A DNA stretch of 32,000 nucleotides from Acaryochloris marina MBIC11017. GTDB lineage: Bacteria; Cyanobacteriota; Cyanobacteriia; Thermosynechococcales; Thermosynechococcaceae. Both the position numbers and the translations under genes were made by a program. The stretch spans positions 450,001 through 482,000 of the forward strand of contig NC_009925.1 in the NCBI RefSeq assembly GCF_000018105.1, in the 5' to 3' direction. The notes under the pieces were generated by a model, which did no database searches, was not told the DNA's origin, and saw nothing but the letters and a program-made list of their open reading frames with translations. Shown here one piece after another: positions 8,977 to 17,422 of this stretch (positions are counted from its first letter, which is position 1; the number at the start of each line of letters is the position of its first letter).

Positions 8977-10308
8977 ATGGGAGAACAATCCAAGAGACCT
9001 AATGTAATGACTGCAACTCAACCTGCTGCAGATACGACTGATCAATATTCCATCTCTCATCAAATCGTCATTGTTGGGGGTGGATCTGCTGGAATTACCG
9101 TCGCAGCTCAATTACTAAAGCAAATGCGGTCCCTCGATATTCTCATTATTGAGCCCTCTGAGCAGCATTATTATCAACCCGGATGGACGCTAGTTGGGGG
9201 TGGCTGTATTTCCTTTGAGGCCACCGTTCAACCTCAGCAAACCCTTATTCCACAGGATGCAACCTGGCTTCAAGATAAGGTCGTGCAGTTTGATCCTGAT
9301 CAAAATTGCCTCCACACCCAAAATGGTACTCAGGTAACCTATGACTATCTGGTGGTTTGCCCTGGTATTCAGATCAATTGGAATCAGATCAAAGGGCTCC
9401 AAGAGGCGCTAGGCAAAGGAGAGGTATGTAGTAACTATGCTATCGGTGGCGCAACTCACACCTGGGAAACGATTAAACGGTTCCAGGGCGGAAACGCCAT
9501 TTTCACGTATCCTGCAACCCCCATCAAGTGTGCAGGGGCTCCCCAAAAAATTATGTATCTTGCTGATGAAGCCTTTGGGAAAAACGGCGTTCGAAAGAAA
9601 ACCCAAATTAGCTATTGCACAGCAACCGGAAAAATCTTTGGCGTTGATGCGTTTGTCCCCGCGTTGATGAAGGTTGTAGAGCGTAAAGGCATTGATCTAA
9701 GAACTCAGCATAATTTGACAGAAATTCGTCCAGATCAAAAAGTTGCCCTCTTTGCAGTTAGTAACGGCAACGAAACAGAAACGATCTCTTTGCCCTATGA
9801 CATGATTCATGTGACACCGCCCATGAGTGCTCCTGATGTGCTCAAGCACAGTCCGCTTGCGGTGGAAGGACCGGGAGGCTGGGTGGATGTGGATAAATTC
9901 ACAACCCAACATAATCGGTATCCAAATATTTTTAGCTTAGGGGATGCATCCTCGTTGCCCACCTCTAAAACGGCAGCCGCCATTCGCAGAGAAGCCCCTG
10001 TACTCGTGCAGAATTTGTTAGCCCATATGAATCAAACCCCATTGATGGGTCAATACAATGGCTATAGTTGTTGCCCCCTCATCACCGGATATGACAAAAC
10101 GATTCTGGCAGAGTTTGATTATGAGGCTCAACCTTATCCCAGTTTCCCCCTGGATGCGACCAAAGAACGCACGAGTATGTGGTTATTAAAACGCCATGTC
10201 TTGCCCTGGGTTTACTGGAATCGGATGCTTAAAGGAAAAGAACATGAGGGCAATTTTATCCGCCGCCTTCTTCCCAATACAGCTTTTGAGTTGAGTAAAA
10301 AAGCGTAA
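8977..10308 (+). CDS. sqr: Type II sulfide:quinone oxidoreductase (SQOR/SQRDL-like flavoprotein)
   Basis: Contains the FAD-binding motif VIVGGGSAGITVAAQL. Long stretches nearly match what I recall of human SQOR (YYQPGWTLVGGG, NAIFTYPATPIKCAGAPQKIMYL, MIHVTPPMSAPDVLK, GWVDVDK, LPTSKTAAA, CPLITGY..ILAEFDY). Both catalytic Cys contexts are present. An alternative start is ATG 9007. Confidence 0.88.
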   Translation: MGEQSKRPNVMTATQPAADTTDQYSISHQIVIVGGGSAGITVAAQLLKQMRSLDILIIEPSEQHYYQPGWTLVGGGCISFEATVQPQQTLIPQDATWLQDKVVQFDPDQNCLHTQNGTQVTYDYLVVCPGIQINWNQIKGLQEALGKGEVCSNYAIGGATHTWETIKRFQGGNAIFTYPATPIKCAGAPQKIMYLADEAFGKNGVRKKTQISYCTATGKIFGVDAFVPALMKVVERKGIDLRTQHNLTEIRPDQKVALFAVSNGNETETISLPYDMIHVTPPMSAPDVLKHSPLAVEGPGGWVDVDKFTTQHNRYPNIFSLGDASSLPTSKTAAAIRREAPVLVQNLLAHMNQTPLMGQYNGYSCCPLITGYDKTILAEFDYEAQPYPSFPLDATKERTSMWLLKRHVLPWVYWNRMLKGKEHEGNFIRRLLPNTAFELSKKA

Positions 10309-10373
10309 TTACCGACGGCTATTTCATCAGAGTAGTTGAGTTTTGGTGCCTTGCCTCCAAAAGTCTACGGTAT

Positions 10374-11066
10374 CTATTCGGAGGATTCTGGGGATTGACT
10401 TAATGCTGTGAGGCGATCGCGATCCAGTATCGTTACTTTGGGACCTGCGATCGCAATCATGCCATCACTACTCAGTTGATAAAACGCCCGAGACAGGGTC
10501 GCTGGAATAGTTCCCAGCCTTGCTGCCAGTTGGCTTTTGGTTAAGTCCAGATAGACCGTATCGCTGGCCGTATCACCCAAACTTAACAGGTAGGTTGCCA
10601 AACGCTGCGGCACACTTTTAAATGACAATTGCTCAACCAGTTGGGCCAGATGGCGCAGGTGGCTAGAGAGGCTAATCAACATTTGCACCGCCACATCGGG
10701 GTTGTGGTGGAGAAACTCCAGAAACGGGTAGCGCGGGAAAAAAATTAGGTCTGCAGGTTCTAGGGCTGCAGCGGAAGCCGGAAAGGCTTGGCCATCTAAA
10801 GCAGGGACATCTGCAAAGTTATCCCCCTCGGTAAAAATATTCAAAATTTGCTCTTTGCCATTGGCAGACATCTGAAAGACTTTGACTCGCCCCGACTTCA
10901 CCACATAAAATCCCGTCGCTTCTTGGTCTTGGCGGAAGATTTGCTCACCCTTCTTAAAGGATTGAATTTGAGCAATTTGGGTCAGGGCCTGGCGTTGTTC
11001 TGCGGATAAGCCGCGAAAAATCACGGTTATCTCCAACCAATCTGCCACGTTAGCGGTGTCTATCAT
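10374..11066 (-). CDS. Crp/Fnr-family transcriptional regulator (cNMP-binding-like domain plus C-terminal HTH), cysteine-free
   Basis: A 230-aa protein with the beta-roll effector domain (FYVVKSGRVKVF...NGKEQIL) and an HTH (SQLAARLGTIPATLSRAFYQL). It contains no Cys at all, so it has no FNR-type Fe-S ligands. It is divergent from norB. Confidence 0.9.
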   Translation of the reverse strand: MIDTANVADWLEITVIFRGLSAEQRQALTQIAQIQSFKKGEQIFRQDQEATGFYVVKSGRVKVFQMSANGKEQILNIFTEGDNFADVPALDGQAFPASAAALEPADLIFFPRYPFLEFLHHNPDVAVQMLISLSSHLRHLAQLVEQLSFKSVPQRLATYLLSLGDTASDTVYLDLTKSQLAARLGTIPATLSRAFYQLSSDGMIAIAGPKVTILDRDRLTALSQSPESSE

Positions 11067-11200
11067 CTACCTACACTCTGCCCTGAATTCCAAGTATGAC
11101 GAAGGTCCGTTCGTAACCTCCACAACACTTTAGCCCCTGGCTTAGACTCTGCACCTTTTAATTACCAGGACTTAGATTTAAGCATCTTTTAATTGCCTGC

Positions 11201-11214
11201 TTGACTTAAGTCAA
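11201..11214. promoter_or_regulatory. FNR/Dnr-type box: perfect palindrome TTGAC-TTAA-GTCAA
   Basis: Read directly, in the 294-bp region between the Crp/Fnr-family gene and norB. A candidate -10 hexamer TACAGT at 11238-11243 would put the box centre near -42 relative to a TSS around 11250, which is class II activator geometry. Confidence 0.5.
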
Positions 11215-11360
11215 AGAATGAATCAAGTCGAGTCTCTTACAGTGAGAGGCATCTCCTCCAGACCCGCTCAGCATTGGGCGAACCTTGTCCTTAGGGTTCG
11301 ACTCCTCCCCACTCAAAAGATGGGCTGTTAGGAGCAAAACCATTTTTGGGGATAGCAACG

Positions 11361-13655
11361 ATGGCCAACCCAGCTTTAGATACCACTGTAGCGACGAACT
11401 TGCGATCGCGTCGCCCCTCTATGGGCTTACCCGCATGGCTAGCCCTGATTTGTATCGTCACCTTTACCGTTCTACTCACGGCGGGGGCAGCCATTTATAA
11501 AAATGCACCGCCCATCCCCGCTCAGATCGTGTCGCCTCAACAGGAAACGATCCTCACTCAGGCGGAGATCCAAACGGGTCAAGAAACCTACCTGGCCCGA
11601 GGTGGCCAGCATATTGGCAGCATCTGGGGACATGGCAGCTATCTAGCTCCAGACTGGACCGCAGATGTCCTCCATCGCTGGGGATTAGCCACTGCGGGTG
11701 TCCTGTATGACGGTGATCCTGACTTCAGTCAAGCGGATTTTGAGCAATTATCAGAGGTTGACCGCGCCACCCTGATCGTCCAAGTCCAGCAGGATTTTAA
11801 GGCCAATCGTTACGATGCTCACTCGGACACCTTGGCCCTCACTTCAGCCCAAACCCAAGGACTGCAAAGGGTCTTTGAAGACTATCAAACCTTGCTCTCC
11901 CAAGGATCTTCGATCCACTCCATTCCTAGTGGCTGGTTTCCTGATGAGGGACAAATCCACTCGGTTACTGCCTTTTTTAGCTGGACTGCCTGGGCAGCCT
12001 CAGCCAACCGCCCCAATGCTCCCTTCTCTTACACCGCAAACTTTCCCCACGATGATCTGATTGGTAATCAAGCGCCTGGACAATTTCTGATCTGGTCCAT
12101 TGTGTCAGTGGTGGTCTTAATTGCGGCCATTGCCTTTTTTCTGTTCGTCTACATCATCCAAGAAGATGCAGAAGACGTGCAGCCCGTTGCCATCCGACCC
12201 GACATTCGCCTCGCCACCCCCAGCCAAAAAGTGACAACCCTCTTTTTTGGGGTGGCCATGATCCTATTTTTAGTCCAAATCTTGATGGGCATGGTAACCG
12301 CCCACTATGCCGTCGAAGGCGATGGTTTTTACGGGGTCCCGATTCAACAATTTATGCCCTATGCCGCCTCCCGAACTTGGCACCTACAGATTGCGGTATT
12401 TTGGATTGCCACTTGCTGGTTAGCGGCAGGGCTTTACTTTGGCCCTCGCTTTGGTAAGCATGAACCTAAGTTTCAATCCTGGGGCAATGGCGGACTATTG
12501 GCCGCTCTGACCGTGGTTGTCGTCGGTTCTCTGTTAGGCACTTGGGCCGGTGTCCAGGGCTGGCTAGGAGATAAAAGTTTCTGGTTCGGTCACCAAGGCT
12601 ATGAGTATGTAGAGCTGGGCCGTCTTTGGCAGTTGCTGTTAATTGGTGGCATGGTGTTTTGGCTATGGCTGATGTTCCGAGCCCTGAAACCTGCCCTTAA
12701 GGCGGAAGGCAACAAAACGGGACTCAATCATTTCTTCCTGTACAGCGCCATTACCATTCCCTTGTTCTATGCGTCCGGCTTGATGTATTCCAACCATACG
12801 CCCTTGAGCATTGCCGAATATTGGCGTTGGTGGGTGGTCCATCTTTGGGTTGAGGGATTCTTTGAAGTGTTTGCCACGGTGGCGATTGCCTACCTTTGCA
12901 GCGAACTGGGCTTTCTGAAACGATCGACTGCACTGAAAGCCACCTACCTCACCACGATTCTCTATCTAGGGAGTGGTGTGATTGGCACACTCCACCATCT
13001 CTACTTTGCGGGCACCCCGGTCTTTATTACGGCGATGGGGTCTGTAGCCTCGGCTCTAGAGGTGGTCCCTCTTACCCTCATCGGGTTTGAAGTCGTTAAG
13101 TCCCTGAAGCTCTCTAAAGAGGCTCAAGGCTTTTATCGGCTACCCCTTAAGTTTTTTATCGCCACTTGTTTCTGGAATCTAGTGGGTGCTGGTGTGTTTG
13201 GCTTCCTGATCAATCCACCGATTGTTCTGTACTATTCCCAAGGTCTAAATACAACTCCCATTCATGCCCACTCCGCCCTGTATGGCGTATATGGCTCCCT
13301 CGCCATCGCCCTAATGCTATTTGCCTTACGGGAAATCACGCCGGATCATGCCTGGGATGAGAAAAATTTCAACTTCTCCTTTTGGTGGATTAACGGGGGC
13401 TTAGTGATCATGATGGTATTTGGCTTGATTCCCAACGGCTTCTATCAACTGGTGCAGTCCATCAACCATGGTACTTGGTATGCCCGCAGCGCAGAGGTCA
13501 TCAATTCCGCCTGGATGCACTGGACCGTTTGGCTGAGAATTCCTGGCGATATGGTCTTTGCTGTGGGGGCTTTGGTACTGGTGATGAGCGTTGGCCGAGC
13601 TGTGATTGCCATTTGGCAACAGCCCACTCAAGCACAACCTTTAAGAGATCCCTAG
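11361..13655 (+). CDS. norB: Quinol-dependent nitric oxide reductase (qNOR, NorB; haem-copper oxidase superfamily)
   Basis: About 765 aa. It has an N-terminal TM plus a periplasmic extension, followed by a 12-TM haem-copper oxidase subunit I-like core with conserved His contexts (HLWVEGFFEVF, GTLHHLYF, HAHSALYG). This is the single-subunit qNOR architecture. I prefer ATG 11361 over the track start at 11346. Confidence 0.9.
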   Translation: MANPALDTTVATNLRSRRPSMGLPAWLALICIVTFTVLLTAGAAIYKNAPPIPAQIVSPQQETILTQAEIQTGQETYLARGGQHIGSIWGHGSYLAPDWTADVLHRWGLATAGVLYDGDPDFSQADFEQLSEVDRATLIVQVQQDFKANRYDAHSDTLALTSAQTQGLQRVFEDYQTLLSQGSSIHSIPSGWFPDEGQIHSVTAFFSWTAWAASANRPNAPFSYTANFPHDDLIGNQAPGQFLIWSIVSVVVLIAAIAFFLFVYIIQEDAEDVQPVAIRPDIRLATPSQKVTTLFFGVAMILFLVQILMGMVTAHYAVEGDGFYGVPIQQFMPYAASRTWHLQIAVFWIATCWLAAGLYFGPRFGKHEPKFQSWGNGGLLAALTVVVVGSLLGTWAGVQGWLGDKSFWFGHQGYEYVELGRLWQLLLIGGMVFWLWLMFRALKPALKAEGNKTGLNHFFLYSAITIPLFYASGLMYSNHTPLSIAEYWRWWVVHLWVEGFFEVFATVAIAYLCSELGFLKRSTALKATYLTTILYLGSGVIGTLHHLYFAGTPVFITAMGSVASALEVVPLTLIGFEVVKSLKLSKEAQGFYRLPLKFFIATCFWNLVGAGVFGFLINPPIVLYYSQGLNTTPIHAHSALYGVYGSLAIALMLFALREITPDHAWDEKNFNFSFWWINGGLVIMMVFGLIPNGFYQLVQSINHGTWYARSAEVINSAWMHWTVWLRIPGDMVFAVGALVLVMSVGRAVIAIWQQPTQAQPLRDP

Positions 13656-13724
13656 AAACCTGAAAAACTCAACCCAATAAACATGAGTTGAATCACACTT
13701 AAACTCAATCGAAGCAGGAGCAAT

Positions 13725-14099
13725 ATGCCAACTTTATTTGACAAACTTGGTGGTTCAGCCGCCGTTGACTTAGCAGTGGACAAGTTTTATGAGCGCGTCT
13801 TACAAGATGAGCGCATCAATCACTTTTTTGCTAACACCGATATGGTGAGACAGCGAGCACATCAAAAAGCCTTTCTGACCTACGCTTTTGGCGGCACCGA
13901 TAAATATGATGGTCGCCATATGCGAGCAGCTCATAATGAGCTAGTAGAGAAACAAGGCTTAAAGGGAGAGCATTTTGACGCCGTAGCGGAGAATCTCATA
14001 GCAACTCTTAAAGACATGGGAGTTTCTGAGGAGCTGATGGCAGAAGTCGCAGCGGTAGCAGCAGCCCCTCAACATAAAAAAGATGTCTTGAACCAGTAA
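13725..14099 (+). CDS. glbN: Group I truncated haemoglobin (cyanoglobin GlbN)
   Basis: The 124-aa product is near-colinear with my recollection of Synechocystis/Synechococcus GlbN (LGG..AVDLAVDKFYERVLQD.RI.HFF...QRAHQKAFLTYAFGGTDKYDGR.MR.AH..LV...L.GEHFDAVAE.L.ATLK.MGV......EVAAVA.AP.HK.DVLNQ). AGGAG lies 4 nt upstream of the ATG. Confidence 0.95.
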   Translation: MPTLFDKLGGSAAVDLAVDKFYERVLQDERINHFFANTDMVRQRAHQKAFLTYAFGGTDKYDGRHMRAAHNELVEKQGLKGEHFDAVAENLIATLKDMGVSEELMAEVAAVAAAPQHKKDVLNQ

Positions 14100-14188
14100 A
14101 AATCAATGTGCAATGCCCATTCGGCTCATTCTGAAGCATTGCAATGGTCTAAATCTAGGAATCATCTACCGTACCAGGAGAACAACCA

Positions 14189-14870
14189 ATGACTCGTGTT
14201 TTAGTTGGCATTTTGGTGTTTTTCATCAATTAAGATCTATGCCAATCGTCCCTATCCCCGGTTTTACGTACTTGAAACCGTTGCCCGTGTCCCCTACTTT
14301 TCCTATCTATCCGTTCTCCACTTGTACGAAACGCTAGGCCTCTGGCGTAAGGCGGACTGGCTTAAAATTCACTTTGCCGAATCTTGGAATGAGCTTCATC
14401 ACCTCCTGATTATGGAATCTCTAGGGGGTGCCGAATTTTGGGGTGATCGCCTCTTGGCCAAAACCACCGCCTTGATTTACTACTGGGTGATTGCGGCATT
14501 ATACGTAGTTTCTCCCCGCTCGGCCTACCATTTTATGGAGCTAGTGGAAGAGCATGCCTATGCCTCCTACGACAAGTTCTTGCAGTCAGAAGCTGAACAC
14601 CTCAAAACCCTACCAGCCCCAGACGTCGCGATTCAGTATTACCAAGATGGTGATCTCTACATGTTTGATGAATTCCAAACTGCACATCAAGCAGCAGAAC
14701 GCCGTCCTCAGGTTGATACACTATATGACGTATTTGTGGCCATCCGCGATGATGAGATGGAACATGTCAAAACAATTTTGGCCTGCCAGCAACCTGAAGC
14801 CCAGCAAGCCCTTCTCAGTCCACATACTCCCCCCGCATTGACTACTGAAGATACTCCCGTAGTGTCCTAA
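14189..14870 (+). CDS. Plastoquinol terminal oxidase (PTOX / alternative-oxidase family di-iron protein) with an apparent +1 frame break near the 5' end
   Basis: Di-iron carboxylate motifs are present (LETVARVPYF, NELHHLLIME, ELVEEHAYASY, RDDEMEHV). AGGAG (14176-14180) plus ATG 14189 open a 14-codon ORF (MTRVLVGILVFFIN) that stops at TAA 14231-14233. The conserved body (KIYANRPYPRFYVLE...) continues in the +1 frame, which is track ORF 14205-14870. Confidence 0.8.
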
Positions 14871-14992
14871 GTTTGTTCTTGCTGAAAATCTTGAGTTCCC
14901 TCATCTCTTTTTTTGAGCGGTGAGGGATATCGATTATAAACAGTGGACATTGCTCAATTTTCTATCAGGTTCAGGAAGCAGAAACCACGGCG

Positions 14993-15439
14993 ATGCTATT
15001 CAAACTCCTAGTTATTCTGCATACATTGGGTGCAACAGTTTGGACGGGTGGGCATTTGGTTCTGGCAGTTACGGTGTTGCCTTTGGCCATGCAAAATCGC
15101 GATCCAGATCGCATCCATACCTTTGAAGAGCACTTTGAAGGATTTGGCCTTGCGGCATTGCTGCTTCAGACGATTACTGGGGTGTGGCTGACCTGGATTT
15201 ATTTCCCCGGCTTCCAGAACTTCTTGGCTTTCCAGTCCTATCTATCGATCTACATTGTCATCAAGCTATCCTTACTTCTGAGCACATTGGCCCTCGCCCT
15301 TTATGCTCGCTTTTTTATCATTCCGAAGCTGACCCAAGAGACCTTGAATGAGCTGGCCTTTCACATTATTGGTGTCACTACCCTAGCTGTATTATTCGTG
15401 GTGATGGGGGTAGGTATTCGGTTGGGCAGTTTGAGCTAA
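14993..15439 (+). CDS. Small 4-TM membrane protein, CopD/HemJ-like
   Basis: A 148-aa protein with four hydrophobic segments. The first helix motif LHTLGATVWTGGHL resembles the H..G..W.GG signature of CopD/HemJ-type proteins. The family assignment is tentative. Confidence 0.5.
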   Translation: MLFKLLVILHTLGATVWTGGHLVLAVTVLPLAMQNRDPDRIHTFEEHFEGFGLAALLLQTITGVWLTWIYFPGFQNFLAFQSYLSIYIVIKLSLLLSTLALALYARFFIIPKLTQETLNELAFHIIGVTTLAVLFVVMGVGIRLGSLS

Positions 15440-15569
15440 GTCTGATTGTTATTAATCGCTAAAAGTAATAGAGCCAGGTGAGCCTTCATTCATCCTGGTC
15501 ACTATACACTGGAAGACATCAAAGTGTACCAGAGGTCATGGTGAGTCATGTCTTATACCAATTCACCTA

Positions 15570-15986
15570 TTAGGTGACTTGTATAGGTAAAGCATCCAAG
15601 ATGTAAGAATATTCAGTTAATGAAGCCACCACTTTCTTAGAGAGGGTATTGATGTGCTCAAATAAAGCGGTCTCCAGTGCCCCAATGGAGCCAAAGTTTT
15701 TGCCCTTGAAAGGCTTTCTCAAGTCCTGCCATAAGCGCTCTACTGGATTGAGTTCTGGACTATGAGACGGTTGTACAATCGACAACACATTCTCAGGCCA
15801 TCGAATCCAAGTCGCCATATGAGCTGGAGCTTGATCGATTTGCATCAGATTGAGGCTCTGAGGAAACGCTAAGCTGAATTGCTCCAGAAATCGCTCAAAA
15901 CAAACACTATCGAGATGAGAAAACCGATAGAAGAAACTCTCTCCTGTGAGAGGTTCAACAGCGCCATAGAGCCAGAATGTAAGCAC
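15570..15986 (-). pseudogene. IS630-family transposase, C-terminal fragment (element Y)
   Basis: Only the distal DDE part is present (DQAPAHMA..., SHSPELNPVERLW). The upstream part is replaced by the 3' end of another IS630-type element that begins at 15987. Confidence 0.75.
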
Positions 15987-16384
15987 TTAGCTAAAATTAA
16001 TTACATAATCATCACCGTAGGTTTTCAAAACTCTTTCCACATATTCGACCAAAGATGCCCACCCCCAGTAGGCACTCATTTCAATCCACTGATATTTCAT
16101 GAATTGCCACAGACGCTCAATCAAATTTAGATGGGGAGAATAGCTTGGCAACTCAACCAAGGTAATTCCCCGTTCGGCCCACTCTGCCTTCATCTCATAG
16201 ATTGATTGGCTCGTATGGATAGGGGCTTGATCCACCACAATGACGGTGGGCAACTCCACGTCAGCAAAAAAGGTATCAATGCAATGACTGACAACCTCAC
16301 TGGTGATGGTCTCAGGACTAACGCATTGACATGGACTTTATTGTGTGAGTTGTAGAGATAAAGGTTGTTAACGTTCTACCTCTC

Positions 16385-17422
16385 TTGCGAATACCCAGTA
16401 AGCCTTCAACAGCTCATTGCACCCAAGACTTGTATGTCCGCTATCTCCTGGCTCAACCCAAAGGAGATGGGTGCAGCCATATGGCTGAAATCCTCCAAGA
16501 TGTCTCTCACGACAGCATCAATCGCTTTTTGCTTCGAGAACGGTATGAACCCAAAGACCTATTTGATTTGCTGGTTGGTAATGGATGGGTTGAGCTTACT
16601 GGAGGCATTGTGAGTGCTGATGATACCATCCTCGAAAAACTCTACAGCAACCCCAAGAAAATGGACTTGCTGGGATATTACTGGAGTAGCAAATATAGCA
16701 AACCCATTTTAGGAATTCCCTTAATCACCCTGTACTACAGCAGTCCGAATGGCTTGAGAGTCCCCATCAACTATCGAATTTATGACAAACAGGAGGGTAA
16801 AACAAAGAATCAATATCTTCAGGAGATGCTCCAAGAAGTTCTGGATTGGGGGCTCCGACCGACGACCTTCACTAGCGATGCTTGGTATGCGTCCAAGGCC
16901 AATCTCAATTTACTCAAAGACGTGCAAATGGGATTCCTGGTTGGTGTTGCCAAAAATCGACAGGTGCGAGTGGGCGCTCAGCAGTATCAACGAGTGGATA
17001 ACCTCATTATTTCAGAACAAGGATTACACGTTCATCTCAAAGGGGTGGGCATCGTCAAGTTTTTTTGCCAGCGGTTCAAAAACGGATCGTGTCGCTATTA
17101 CCTTCTCTATGCGCCAGACCCGAAAGAGCTAGCTTATGCTGGTAAAGCAGAGTTTGAGCACTTACATACCCTGCACTGGGGTATTGAATGCTTTCATCGT
17201 GCAGGTAAACAACTGTGTGGGCTTCAGCGATTTCGGGTGCGTTTGACGGAAGCTGTTCATACCCATGTTTTTTGCGCTCTGAGGGCTTTTGTAGAGCTTG
17301 AATTACAAGTCTGGCACCAACAGATAGACAACTGGTATGCCCTCCAGCGTAATTTATATCAGGAGGTTGCGCGACAGTTCATTCTTGAACAACCACTGTT
17401 GGGATCAATGGCACTGACTTAA
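16385..17422 (+). CDS. IS701-like DDE transposase (the last 5 codons come from the inserted IS4 end)
   Basis: DDE_Tnp-type motifs are present (SADDTILEK, TSDAWYAS, HWGIECFHRAGKQ). Without the IS4 insertion the ORF would end ...EQPLLG-TAG, using the stop at 18899-18901. The start is a TTG. Confidence 0.8.
   Translation: MRIPSKPSTAHCTQDLYVRYLLAQPKGDGCSHMAEILQDVSHDSINRFLLRERYEPKDLFDLLVGNGWVELTGGIVSADDTILEKLYSNPKKMDLLGYYWSSKYSKPILGIPLITLYYSSPNGLRVPINYRIYDKQEGKTKNQYLQEMLQEVLDWGLRPTTFTSDAWYASKANLNLLKDVQMGFLVGVAKNRQVRVGAQQYQRVDNLIISEQGLHVHLKGVGIVKFFCQRFKNGSCRYYLLYAPDPKELAYAGKAEFEHLHTLHWGIECFHRAGKQLCGLQRFRVRLTEAVHTHVFCALRAFVELELQVWHQQIDNWYALQRNLYQEVARQFILEQPLLGSMALT

Noticed and set aside
119-13663. 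Many 60-140-aa track ORFs antisense to, or out of frame within, the RND, feoB, CDF, sqr and norB genes (for example 119-475, 896-1306, 4408-4692, 7547-8142, 9190-9912, 12751-13637).
   Set aside because: They lie fully inside long ORFs that have clear family motifs. They show no recognisable motifs themselves and have odd compositions typical of shadow ORFs.
10341-14143. Weak hairpins considered as terminators: ttttgg-N10-ccaaaa between sqr and the regulator gene (10341-10362), and tgcaatgc-N19-gcattgca after glbN (14109-14143).
   Set aside because: They have short or AT-rich stems, large loops and no U-tract. That is not enough to call terminators.
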